A DNA stretch of 64,000 nucleotides, taken from assembly GCA_010909165.1 (NCBI GenBank), contig VJWM01000126.1:620001-684000 (forward strand), read 5' to 3'. Below the pieces are notes generated by a model. It was not told where the DNA came from, did not search any database, and worked only from the letters and a program-made list of their open reading frames with translations. The position numbers were made by a program, and so were the translations under genes. This DNA comes from Anthoceros angustus (Eukaryota; Plantae; Anthocerotophyta). Positions 40,407 to 53,471 of this stretch are shown here, in pieces; positions within the stretch are counted from its first letter, which is position 1; each line of letters begins with the position of its first letter.

Positions 40407-42719
40407 TGGTATCAGAGCCTTTTAAGGATCTGATGTTTTTCTCTCGTTATTGATAATGCCTCGGCGGTGGATCTGTCGGTCAGGGGCGTGGCTCACGTTT
40501 TTGCAGATGTGATAATTACACACAAGCCCCTAGGACAGCTCCAGCCGGACTCAACGCCCTTGCATATTCACTGGTGGGAAGAACTGGTCTTTGTAACCAA
40601 AATTGGTCAAGGGACAGAGAGCGTGCCGAACTACTTCGGCAACTCCAGCAAAGGGATTTTCAAATTAGAGATTACCAGGCCCGTGACCGTTTTTACAAAG
40701 ATCAGAGGAGGGACAGGCAGCAGAGGCAATCTCGCATACCGCGGGCATCTGCTGCTACTACCAACTCCACGACCACCAAGACCGGTTCGATCTGTGGATA
40801 CAGTTCCTTCTTCTAGTGGAGGCTCCTCCTGCGATTGCCACAACGAGGCCGCCTCTAGATTGCTGAATTCTTCCCTCAAAGAGATTCTCAACACAACAGA
40901 ATCAATCAACACAAGAATTTTCGTCAACAACATGCAAGCTCAGGCAAATTTCGATGTTTTCAACGAGAAATGGACATTGAAGATCAAGGAAATCACTGAT
41001 CACCTGCAAAGATTGGAGATTGCTGCTCCGATCATTCAGCAGGCTGCAGTGTTCCCACATCTTCCACCTTCCGCTGCCTGAGAGCAACGAGGTGTGAGGC
41101 GTCGCGTGTGTCTTCACGCCTCTTCGCAAGATCGCCACCGCGTAACGGCACACCGGAGCTTTGAGGTCGGCGCGTGTTCTCCAGCGGCGCCTGCGTGATG
41201 TGAAGCGCCGCATCGCAACCGCCGACCTATTCCGGCGTTATGGTTGCGCGGATGTCTGACGAGGATTCTGCGAGTTGAGGCGTAGATTGACACCGCCGCA
41301 ACCCTTGTTGTTCTCATGAGTCCTCAAGAGACGTCTTTGCTCGCTTAACTTGAAATCAAACACCAACCGTCGTTTCTTGCATAAGTTAGGCAAACCGGCG
41401 ATAAGTCGCTTTTTTTTGTTTTTCCGCCACCCAGATGCATAGTAACAAGAGTTATTGACCTTGGACATCAAGACACCGAGCTAGGATAGCTTTTCTATCC
41501 CTTCTCCGTATGCTGACCGTACCCGATCTTATCTTGTTAGGTACACATCAGGAGATGCTGTAATTTTCATAGCAAAGTCTAAGGGCATTTTGTACTCGAC
41601 TGTAGTTTGAGCCATAGCTCACATTACCTCGTTAGCTTCATATGTCCACGGGACCCCTCTTATCTGTGGATACCTTAAGTAGCTTGTTTCAAGCACTTAG
41701 TCTTGGACGCTTGTAAATCACGCAATCCATAACGAATACTCCGAATCATGTCTCTGATGGTTAAACCCACATACACGTCGAGCTGAAAGAAAAGATCGGT
41801 TTAACGGCTCACACTCGCCGTCCGCATGTCCGGATGAAGTCCATCTTGTTAGCTCGACGTGTCCGGAAAATAGTGGATGGGACTACCCCACCGACCCCAA
41901 TGCAACTCCGGCACCATCTGCGGATCGGATCGAGTGGGATGAATTGAACAAGATTGGAGATTGCTCCGATCAGTCGCAGTGTTCCCATCTTCCACCTTCC
42001 ACGCTCGAGAGCAACGAGGTGTGAGGCGTCGCGTGTCTTCACGCCTCGCCAAGATCGCACCGCGAGCACACCGGAGCTTTGAGGTCGGCGCGTGTTCTCC
42101 AGCGGCGGCGCCTGCGTGATGTGAAGCGCCAGACTGCAACCGCCGCGACCTATTCCGAAGCAGCGTTATGGTTGCGCGGATGTCTGACGAGGATTCTTGC
42201 GATCGCTGAGGCGTAGATTGACACCGCAACCCTTGTTGTTCTCATGAGTCCTGAAGAGACGTCTTTGCTCCTGCTTAACTTGAAACTGAAACACCAACCG
42301 TCGTTTCTTGCATAAGTTAGGGCAAAACTGAAGCGATAAGCTGTTTTTTTTTGTTTTTCCGTCCACAGTCTGTATGCATAGTAACAAGAGTTATTGACCT
42401 TGGACATCAGCACACCTGAGCTAGGATAGCTTTTCTATCCCTTCTCCTGTATGCTGTTGACCAGGTAACAGCTCCTGCATCTTATCTTGTTAGGTACACA
42501 TCAGTAGATGCTGTAATTTTCATAGCAAAGTCTAAAGGGCATTTTGTACTCTGACCTGTGTAGTTTGAGCCATAGCTCACATTACCTCGTTAGCTTCATA
42601 TGTCCACAGGACCCCTCTTATCTGTGGATACCTTAAGTAGCTTGTTTCAAGCACTTAGTCTTAGTAACGCAATCCATAACCGCAATACTCCGAATCATGT
42701 CTCTGAGTTAAACCCACAT

Positions 42720-45700
42720 ACACGTCAGAGCTGAAAGAAAAAGATCGGTTTAACGGCTCACACTACGCTGTCTGGCATATCCGGATGAAGTCCATCTTGT
42801 TAGCTCGACGTGTCTGGAAAATAGTGGATGGGACTACCCCCCAGCCCGACCCCAATGCAACTCCAGCACCATCTGCAGATCAGATCGCTGAGTGGGATGA
42901 ATTGAACAGCATTGCAATTGCTCTACTAATAGCAGGATTGCATACTGACCTCATTTCCCAGGTCGAGTTTCTCGACAAAGCTTCTGAAATCTGGACACAA
43001 CTGGAGAAGACATACAAGGCTACAAATGTACTGACCCTTGTTGGTGTTAAGTACGAGTTTTATGCCTTGAGGATGAAAGAGGGGGATAAGGTAGCGGCTT
43101 TCACAAGTAAATTCCGTCACCTTAGAGCCCAAATGGCTTCTCTATCTGGTACGAAGATGGAGGAAGTAGATGCTGTGGCTGAACTCCTCGCGAGACTCCC
43201 TTCATCGTACCAATCCTTTGTTACTAGCCAGAATGGACCCTTGAGAGCTGCGAATGTTGCTGCTGCTGGAAGTGCTGCAAACATCACATTAGAGGATGTC
43301 ATAGGCGCTTTGTATCGGGAGGAGCAAAGCGGATGTTTTCTTCAAACACTTCTAAAAGTAGAACGGAGAAGGCATTATTCACAGCTCCCAAATCATTCAA
43401 AGGCAAAGGAAAAGTTGGAGGTAAACCTGGCCAAGCTTCTGATTCCGCTGGTCCAACTAAACGTCCAGGCAACTGCAATTGGTGTGGTATAGCTGGACAT
43501 TGGGCCAGGGAATGCAAGAAAAAGAAGGCAGGGGAACCTAAACGTGCTCCTAAAAGCTCAACTAGTTACGCATTGCGATTAAGGAGAAGACATCCGTGAC
43601 ACCAAACCTGGTGAAGATCCTAACAATGTGCCTTGCTCGTTCCATATGTGATGAAGATGGCTGGTACTTGGATTACGGTGCCACATCTCACATCTGCAGA
43701 AGCAAAGATCAGTTTTATGTGCTGCAATCTAACAGAATGGCTGAAAGAGTACTGTTGGGAGATGAGCGACATCATTCCGATCTCAAATCCATGGCGATGG
43801 CATGTGTAAATTTACTTTGCACGATGGATCCATTCTTACCTGGAAAATGTACTCTATGTGCCATCCATGGCGAAGAACTTGGTCTCTCTCAAGAACCGAT
43901 GACCGAGCATATGACATGACAGCTAGTGAGGATACTTGTCTCTTCTACAAGAGGTCAGAGCCTTCAATGCTGGCATTTAAAGGTACATTAGATCACGATC
44001 TGTATAGACTTGATTTATGCACCCTCCGACACCAGGCTAGCCTTGTCTCTGAGAAGTCCCAACGTCTTGCTGTCCTGTGGCACGCACGGCTTGGTCACGT
44101 TAATAAGAGAAAACTAGTTGACATGTCACTGCAAGAGTGCCATCTTGAGCCTCTTCCACAGATTTTCAAGGACTTACCTTCTTGTGAAGCCTGCATTGTT
44201 GCTAAACAGAAGGCCCATCCCTTTCCAGTTTCAGCAACCTACAGAGCATCAGTTGTCCTTGAGTTAGTTCATGCAGACATCTCAGGTAAGATACATGTCC
44301 CATCTCTGGGTGGTTCTATCTATTACCTCTGCATCACTGACGACTATTCTCGATATACTTGGACGTTCCCGATGCACTTTAAGAGTGATACATTCGAGCT
44401 CTTCCGTGATTGGCTATTGACTGCTGAAAAACAGACTGGTTCTTTTGTCAAGTACCTTCGGACTGACAATGGAACAAAATTCGTCAATGAGGCTTTTGAC
44501 ACATTCCTGCAAGAGAGGGGGATCCAACGTCAACTTACAATCCCCTACACTCCGCAACAGAATGGCGTAGCTGAAAGGAAAAATCAAACCTTGCTGGCCA
44601 TGACACGGAGTATGTTATTGTGGGCTAACTTACCTCAAGAGTATTGGGTTGAAGCCATTGTTGCTGCCATCTATATTCTCAATCGACTTTTTACAAGTTC
44701 AGTCCCCTCTCAGACTCCATATGAGGCTTTCTGGAAACGCAAACCCAGTTTGCTACATCTACGCATGTTTGGTTCACGTGCTTTTGCTCTCATCCCAGAG
44801 GAGAAGCGTAAGAAGCTGGATCCGAGAGCCCAAGCACTTGTTTTTGTCGGGTATAGTGAGCAGTCCAAAGCTTACAAACTTTATGACCCTGCAAATCAGC
44901 GCGTTGTGTTAGCACGTTCTGTCACATTTCTTGAGATTGACAGGCCCCTCATAATCGGCCACCCAATAGCAGAGGGAGAAAATGGCATACCTCAGCTACC
45001 AGACGACGCTGTTCATTTTCCTGATAATGACACTCATGACGAGGGAGATGATACAACTGTCCAACCTGCTGATATTGCACCTCCCCCTGCTCAAGATGAA
45101 GAGCGATCCTCCTCATACCCCTCCACTGCAAAGATCACCGGCAAATGTTGCGTTAATCGACCACGATCCATATGAGTATGAGGATGTACCTTTCCCTAAT
45201 CCAGATGCTGATCTAGCAGCTGGAGATGATGATTATCAAATGGTCATGGAACATGTACCTGAGGACGATGAACAGCCTTTTCCTGTTCAAGATGAAGAGC
45301 CAGATCCTCCTCTACGACGTTCTACCAGAAATCGTCCTCCACCAGAGCAATGGAAAGAGCCACGTTATGAATCAATCGACTTTAGAACAACATATGCCGA
45401 CATCTGCAATTCTGCTTCTAGCACTATACACCTGGAGCCCAAGTCTTTAACAGAAGCATATTCAGGTCCTGAACGAGATAAGTGGAAGTTTGCAGTAGAC
45501 GATGAATACAATTCTCTCGTCAAGAATAACACGTGGAAGTTAGTAGACCTCCCACCTGGCAGAAAACCTACCTCCTGCAAGTGGGTTTTCAAGTTAAAGT
45601 TGAATGCTAAGGGAGAGATTGCCAGATATAAAGCACGACTGGTTGCACGGGGATTCACGCAAGTGGAAGGGCTAGACTATCAGGAAACATTCTCTCCTGT

Positions 45701-46975
45701 TGTTAGGGCACAGTCAATTAGGATGATAATCGCCCTAGCAGCCGAGTTTGACCTGGACTTGCAGCAAATGGACGTATGCACTTTCTTGTATGGTGCGTTA
45801 GATGAAGACCTTTACATGGTAGGAAAAGGGTATGAAGACTCTAAGTATCCAAAGAAAGTTAAGCTCAAGACCATTTATGGTCCAAAAGAGCGAGTCCGTA
45901 TTTCACTATACATGAGCACTTGATTAACAACTCATTTGTTCAAAGCTCAACTGATGGTACTGTTTACAAGCTAACGAAGGGAACTGCCTACGTCATTCTA
46001 GCACTGTATGTTGATGACGTGATTTTGGCCACTAATAGCCAACCCTTGTTAGCTGAGGTCAAAGAAATGCTAAGCAACAAGTTTGAAATGAAGGATATCG
46101 GTGAGCTACGTTTCTGCCTTGGCATTCAGTTACTAAGGGTCAGACCTGAGAAGTTGATCATCATTCATCAGTATCAATATATTCAAGAACTGCTACATAA
46201 GTTTAAGCTTGAACATGCCCGGCCATCTACTACACCATATGCTGTAGGGACTAAGCTCACTAGTCTGCAATGTCCACAAGGTGCAGACGAGGTGAGGGAG
46301 ATGGCACAGGTCCCTTACAGGCATGCCATAGGAAGCTTAATTTTTATAGCTAACTGGACAAGGCCGGACATCCAGTATTCAGTCAGCACCCTATCCCAAT
46401 TTCTGGAAAATCCAGGTCGAGTTCATTGGCAGGCAGCCAAACGTGTCTTCCGTTACCTAAAGGGTACTCAGTCCTATGGACTAGCATACAGAAGCACTGG
46501 ACAGCAGAAACTTACGCTGAAAGGCTTCACAGATGCTGATTGGGCATCGGACACAGAATCACGTCGAAGCCTTTCTACATATTGTTTTCTCCTCTCCTCA
46601 GCTGTCACCAACTGGAGCTGCAAGAAACAAACATCGGTTGCCCTCTCGTCAACTGAGGCCGAGTACAAGAGTCTGACAAAGGCCTCTAAGGAGGCAGAGT
46701 GGATACGAACCTTTTTGACAGATTTGGGGCAACAGCAAACAGAGCCAACCCCACTTCTATGTGACAACATGTCCACTCTTGCGCTTGTTGCAAATCCTAA
46801 ATTTCATGCACGCACGAAACACATTGAAATTCAACATCACTATATTAGAGATGTGGTTCATCGTGGTATTATAAAGGTCTGCCATGTTCCAACAGATGAA
46901 AATACGGCAGACATCCTTACAAAGGGCCTTCCCAAGCATCTACACTACCGATATGGAAGGCCTAGGGCTTATTGA
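42720..46975 (+). pseudogene. copia gag-pol, frameshifted in this sequence
   Basis: RFNGSHYAVWHIRMKSIL (gag), CNWCGIAGHWAREC (zinc knuckle), WYLDYGATSH (PR), WHARLGH/VHADISG/LRTDNG/QQNGVAER (INT), KARLVARGFTQ/YVDD (RT), FTDADWA/KHIEIQHHYIRD (RNase H). Confidence 0.92.
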
Positions 46976-47837
46976 TTTCATGACCTATGAGCGAACTAAG
47001 TAACTCTTATCGTGAGAGGGGTTCCGGATGACCACATCCTGAGTTTATTGTGATGCTCTCCAGCTATGTTCCTCCTGCCCAGATACATCACACAGCTATA
47101 AGTTACTGGAAAACCCTGACAAACCAGGTTGGATGAAGCTCCAGTTCAGCATCTAATCACCTGGCTGTTTGGTTCGGCCTTCACTCCTCCTCTCTCGGCA
47201 TCACGTCCTTAATTCTGTCCAGCATTTCAATGGTGTCCTCCAGCTGGCTGATCAAGGTCTGTTTCCCTTCCTCCTCAATAGCGTACAAAGGCAGATTAGG
47301 AGTCTCCCCTCGCTTCACCTTTCCCCAGATTAGGTTCACGCTCAGTTCCATGTGGTAGGCACCCAAGTGAATCCTCCGCCCCAAAGACGCCTTGTAGTCC
47401 CGATTATGCAGGCGATCGCCTCTTGTCCAGCTCGTAAACATTTCTTTGGCAGTGGTGTGTGTTCTTCCTGTTTTTCCTCGGTGGCGCAGCTCCCTTGTAC
47501 GCCTTGCCACTTCGAGTCTTCATGGTGCACCGCAGGAGAAGATGTATGCACAGGAAACACAGCAGTTCAGCTCCGGCGATCAAAGAGGCAAGGTTGCTAG
47601 CCATGGCTCCAGCGCTTGGCTTTATTCTTCTTCAGCTGCCGCGGTACAGAGGTTGTTGGGCGCTACTCAAGCACAGTGCTAGGAACGTGACTGTGAAGCT
47701 ATGAGTTTGAGTCGTCCAGCTGCTATGAGCAGCTTTACGTGGGAGCGCGTACCGCTTTCGTTTACGAAGGGTTTGCTTTAGGATGATGCCGGGCTTGTTT
47801 ATTGTTCGTTAGTTAAGCTTATGAGCTTAAGAGGGGG

Positions 47838-48041
47838 TGTTACGGGTTAAGCTGCCATTAGCTTAACTTATCATATTTAGATATACCTTTTTGTTTTAGG
47901 GTTTGGCTATTTAATGAACACATATGAGACCTTTTGATATGTTCAATTAATTCATTCTGGATACACATGTTTGTGTGTGCTCTGCCTAAGCCTCTTAGCT
48001 ATAGTCAAATCTAGCAAATGATTATGTAATGATACTTCACA
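47838..48041 (+). repeat. 3' LTR
   Basis: Differs from the 5' LTR by one substitution and a few homopolymer-type indels. Confidence 0.95.
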
Positions 48042-49400
48042 TCCACAAAACCCTTGCAAAGAGTCCTCCCTTGCCACAGTGATGAATTGTGAGAGAGAAG
48101 ATCGGAAAAAGCAAGCCACACCACCCGTAGCTTTGGGTGTCTTGGAAGAAACATAATTCCTGAATAAAGAGAAGGAAAGGAAATTGGAAAAAGTAGGGAG
48201 ATTTTTGACCTGATGTTCGTGAGTTTCCGTGAGAAAGATGACGTCGTGGCCCATTGTGAAGTGGAGCATACCACCTGGTTGTGCCCATAAAGAACCATTG
48301 CAATTCCAGAAAGCCATCCTCAGGATGAACCCGGAGTGGGCCTTGCGGGCCGCAGATCTTCATAACTCTAGACACTCACCCTGGATTCGTGAGGCCTCCT
48401 TGATAATCAGGCGGTCAACATGGAAAAATGCGATTTTCCCCGCCACCCGAGCCTCCTTGAAGGCAAGCATCTGGGCCTGCTTGGTCTTGACCTACAACTT
48501 GGTTAAATCGTCAGCGATAAAAATATTTTGGCCACGCAAATTAGTGCGGGCCCGCAAGACTTGGAGCCTGCCCTGGGCAAAGTAGAAACAGATAAGGTAA
48601 ATGGTTGGGCGGCCAGGGTTCTTTCCAACCAGTCAAGCTTTTTGGAAGGATATCCCAGGTAGATGGAGCTTGGTGGCTGGGAACTCAAACACCACCTCCT
48701 GCGCACTTCCAGAATTACGTAGGCTCGTCACTCAAAGGTTAAGGGAGCGCTTGATCCGTTCGTGAGATTCAATAACAGTTGCATGAAGTCCGTCTGAAGG
48801 CGCGGTCGGTAAGTCTTGAGAAGCAGGCACCGGCGGAGTTGGTTGTTGGGCCAAGCCATTGCTCAATTTTTCCACCTCTTGTTGCGCAAATAGCTTGGCT
48901 GCTGGGGCCTGGTTGGCCACTTTGAGTCTTGAGATAGACAATTTACCAAAGATGGCATGCAATTCTCCTTGCACAAATTGTTTAAGTACCGAGCACTTAG
49001 CATCCATAGAAGTGAAGGCACACTGCAGGATGTCCTCTGCGAGTTGTGGCATACCCTTGTTGAGCACATAAGTTGCCGAAACATCCTACTTGAAAGAGTC
49101 CATTTGTTGTTGGTGATGTTCCAAGAGATTTGATTTGAGCTGAGGGACAGCCGTCTTGGGCAAGTAGGTAGACAATTGCTTGTTCAGAGAAGCAATTTGG
49201 TGGTGGTGCTGGATGAAATCCGCCTTTATGGTTGGGACTTCAAGAGCCAACTTCTTTTGAAGTGCTGCAATATCTAGTTGTTGAGACTGAATATTATTTT
49301 CGTAATGGTGCTTGGAAGCCCGAAACTCTGACTTCAAGTCCTGTAGCTCAGCCTAAGAGGCCACAAGGTCCGCTCGCAACTTCTTAATGTCCGTTTGGAA
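48042..49400 (-). mobile_element. Same LINE, 5' part (ORF1 remnant and endonuclease N-terminus)
   Basis: ORF1-type LRGQNIFIADDLTKL*...AFFHVDRLII; FWNCNG, DVIFLTETH, GGVACF. Removing the copia and one TSD restores RVLWIKVSAMILP. 5' boundary uncertain. Confidence 0.85.
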
Positions 49401-51345
49401 AGACCTGAATAGTTTCTCAACTTTATTTTTGCACCTTGCACCCTTGGAGGACGGGGCCTGTGGTTCCGAGTAATTCTTAAAGACCGTCAATGATGCATTA
49501 TCTCCTAAAGGAGAAGCCTGGCCTGCTATCCTCCAGATCGTGCGATGCCATAGTGAATACTCCGGGTATCGTAGGACCTAGGTGGCTGCGGAAAAAAAAC
49601 CGCGTGCGGGAGGAAATGAGAAGTCGTAGAGATGACAGCGCGTTTTCCCAAATCAGACATCGCAAATTGTAGAAGCCAAGGTGCACGGTGAAAGGAGTAG
49701 CAGTGTATGGAAATGCCGATATGGAAATCGGTAGTAGAGCCTACAGAGGGAGAGGATTCCTGTTACAGCGAGTTCGTGCAGCCTGTAGTCTAATAAATCC
49801 TGCTGCATACTAAAGCCTGGCTACAAATGGATCCTGTAACCTGAGATCAGATAGGCTGCCTTCTCGCCTTCACTGTGAATTGTGAAGGATGCGGACACTG
49901 ACTGCCACAAATGGTACAACAGTGTTGTGGACGAATCACAGCCTTCGCCACGACCACAAGCGAGCGTGGATAGACGGGGAGGGAGTGTTTACAGTCGTAG
50001 CTAGGAGTGATTGGAATGACGACCGCCCCACCTGGAGGGCTGCACACCCACGATCCGACGGTGAAAGGCAGGTCGGGTCGTTGACGGCGAGCCCAATGGT
50101 TCCTGGTCGACAAGCCCCCGCTAGAGGCCGCGGGGCCTCCAACTCCCCGCCGCCCGGCCCCCAGTTGCTGGGCGGGCGACCTCAAGCTAGTGGGCCGGGC
50201 CCCAACTCCCATTGCGGCTCCTCTCCACCGGGCCACTAGCCCCTCGCGCCAAGGCTCGGATCCGGGCCTCCAACTCCCCGCCGCCTTGAGGTCCCGGATC
50301 TCGCCGGCCTTGTGGTGTCTCGAGGATATGTTTGAAGCTCATATTCCTTTGTAAGTGCAACAAAACATAGGAGTCTGCGAGAAGTCTGATTTCTTGTCCA
50401 TCTCACCATCTGAGGAGAGGGCCAACTTCGTGTGTAAAAATGTCCTACCCTTCTCCTTTTCCATAAATCCATTTGCTAGGTCCAAGGTGTAAGGATACAA
50501 ATCTTCATTAATTACGATATTGCATCTCATATTTTTTTTCTTACTCCAATTTTTTTTTCATGCATTGTGGGAAAATCTTAATCTGATTTTGGCCCCAATG
50601 GTCGAGAGGACATTCTCATACCATAACAATATGTACTTGCTAGATATATTCATCAATTTAATATATATTTACTTAATGTGTTCACTCACACATAAGATCC
50701 CAAGACAAAAAGAGAATAGACTTACTTTTTGATAGGAGTGATATGTTTTGGCTTTTGGCTTCTCCAGTCATAAAAATAAAACCCCCCACACGGCTGAAGT
50801 GCCAGGAGTACCTTTTTTCCTTTTCAAGTTTGTTTCTTGTTTCCTTTTAACTGTAGAGCTTCTTTGCCGTTTCTGGATGGATAGGCCCACAAGAAATGAA
50901 CACCTGCAGCACAGTTGTTGGGGGAGGGGGAGCCAGCGCAGCGTGACGAAAGCCAAGGAATTCCTGTTCTCACCAACGGTAGGCCGGTAGGCTTTTATTT
51001 CTGCCTCTGCTGTCTCACAGGCCAGAGCAGCTGGCTTCCAGAGCCGTAGATGGTGTGATGGTAGAATGGCTCGCTGCATTTTATCCTCCTCTTGGGGCCA
51101 GTACCGGTGACCGACTAATGAATCTGGGCGGCAGGGCAGTGCATGCGCCGAAATGCAGGCGCAGGGTTGAAGGGCTGGGGAGCTGGAGAATCAGGTTGCG
51201 GGATGGATGAGGGGTATTCGGCACCGGCACCGGGACAGGCACAGGTTGGGGCCCGGGTGGTGAGGAGGCTGGATTTGGGCAGGAGTGGCTTCTTGTGAGA
51301 AAAACCCAGCCAAGACAGGGCAGGCTCAGCTGCTGTGCGGTGGTC

Positions 51346-53173
51346 ATGGCCATGGGGTTCACCACCAAGGGCCTCTCGGACCTCAGGCCCCTCTTCCAGG
51401 CCTCCAGCTCCCGCAGCTTCCAGGAAGACGGAGCCCGAGAGGGGGCGTTTCTGGGCTACGGGGAGCTCACCTCCTCGCAGTCGGCGCTGGAGGCGCTGGA
51501 AAAACCTGGGCGGTTTAATTTCGAGTTCGCCTGGAACGATCCTTGCCTGTCGGATCGCGTGCTGGTGCTGCATATTTCGGATGAGGCGGGAGATGGGAGT
51601 GCGGGGGCTTTTGGTGGTGGTGGGTGTGGGGAAGGGGATGGTGGTAGGGATGTGGATGGGGATGGTGAGGGGGGAGGAGATGGGGATGTTCGGAGGCAGG
51701 CTGGGTTTGGTGAAGGGATGGCGGCAGATGGCGAAGGTGAGGTGTTGTTGCGTTCTTGCATGGTGATGGGGTTGTTGGTGGTGTGGAGCTTTCTGGGAGG
51801 TTGATAGATGGTTGTGGAATGTCGGCAGGTGATGTGGAGAATAGTGCAGTGCAGGCTGCCTCCTCGTTGTCCAAGGCCAGGACCATCTCCCTGAATGTGG
51901 CCTCCCTTGTTCTTGCTGAGAAGTCTCCGTTCTTCCGTTCCATGTGGCAGAAGGGGGGCATGAGGGAGTCACTGTCCAAGTGCCCCACAACTCTCAAGAT
52001 CACTGAAGAAGGTGAGTGTGGGATGTTGTTTCTGTGATTTGGTGCTGTCTCCTCACACCCATCGCATAGCTTCATCCGTGTGTGGTTGTGGCAGAGGAGG
52101 CGCCGGTGCTGGAGTTGCTGAGACTGATATACAGCGGGCAGCCGAAGCCGATCTCAACCCACCCCAGAGAGATTGTGAACCTCCTCAAGGCTGCAGACAA
52201 GTTCCTGGTGTCTTCCTGCATTAGGATCAGCGTCGAGGCGTTGAAGCACTTCCCCTACACTCTGGAGACGAGCTTGCTGTACCTGGGGCTGCCGGAGAGT
52301 CTGCAGCAGAAGCTGGAGCTGAAGCCGCTGATTGTGGGAGCTCGGAACTACATTACAGAGGAGTTCAAGGACCTGGAGGTGGCCAAATGTCAGGAAGAGT
52401 TCCTCACTCTGCCGCTGTACGTGATCGAGATGCTGTTGCAAGGAGATGGGCTGACTACGGTCTCGGAGGATGTGGTATTCGATGCCACCCTGACCTGGGT
52501 GAGGTACAACTACGACTGCCCTGTGCAGCGGGAGAAGGCGGTGGCAGCCCTGGGCGAGCACATCAGGTTTGCCTTCATGTCTGGGGACTATCTCCTGGAT
52601 GTGGTGGCAGGGATTCCAGAGATGTCCGGGGAGGCTGGCCATAACTTCATCCTGGAAGCCCTCAAGTTCAAGGCCCACTCCCCGGACCGGCGGCAGCACG
52701 TCGTCCTGGCGATGAAGGGGCACAGGAGGTTTATGAAGAGGCCGGGGACGGAGTCCGTCACCTCCTTCTACTGGGACGTGCACAGCCATGGGTTGGAAAT
52801 GCCCTCTAAGCTCTGCCTCGTGCAAGGCATCCTGTGCGAAAGCCAGAGATTCTGCGTGGGCGGAAAGTGGTTCAGGCTACAGTTTCGCAAGACCAAAGCT
52901 GGGGATACATGTGGACTGTACCTGTACATGGATCACTCGTGTGGCTTGAAAGGATCCGTGGAAGTGGACTACAAGTTCTATGTCAAGAGATGGCCGTCGG
53001 GTGAGTACGTTGTGCTCCACCCTTCCAGCAAAGTTCTCTTCTCTGATGCCGAGACCACTGCCTGGGGCTACGAAGAGCAATGGCTTCCCTTCACAGGCTG
53101 CCCCCACGTGAACTCGGATGGATACATGTCCATCCGAGCAGACCTGTTCCTGAAGCGCGTCTCCCCGGCTTAG
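51346..53173 (+). CDS. BTB/POZ-BACK protein with a C-terminal MATH-like region (POB1/LRB family)
   Basis: FNFEFAWNDPCLSDRVLVLHI; SLVLAEKSPFFRSMW...MRES; EEAPVLELLRLIYS; LLKAADKFLVSSC; HIRFAFMS; FCVGGKWFRL. Introns at about 51738-51807 and 52012-52093. Confidence 0.85.
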
Positions 53174-53471
53174 AGCATCCTGCATGCTTCACACACAGCT
53201 CCTCTGTGTACACACATCCGCTTGTATTGGCATTGCAACAACATCCCGTATCTTCCATGGCGATCTATCACCCCGTCTCTTGCACTGGCGACAAAACGCT
53301 GTCTTCTCTGCTTCGTCCTTCCTCCGTTTTTTGAAATGCAACGCCTTGCAACCAATGCTACACAACAGAACCAGGAGATGGTGCTGCCTCTCTACAATCT
53401 TCCTCCTCTAACGCTGGTGAAGCACCTTTTTAAACCCTAATTCCGTCAGATGCACCTGTTCCTGAGCTACG

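Larger units (their letters stand above)
40200..48041 (+). mobile_element. Full-length Ty1/copia LTR retrotransposon inserted in the LINE endonuclease
   Basis: TG...CA LTRs at 40200-40406 and 47838-48041; PBS tggtatcagagcc at 40407; PPT aagaggggg; 5-bp TSD TCCAC; domain order gag-PR-INT-RT-RH. Confidence 0.97.

Noticed and set aside
49850-50530. GC-rich stretch with gggcctccaactccccgccgcc twice, plus a short ORF fragment
   Set aside because: No termini, TSD or protein family could be assigned.
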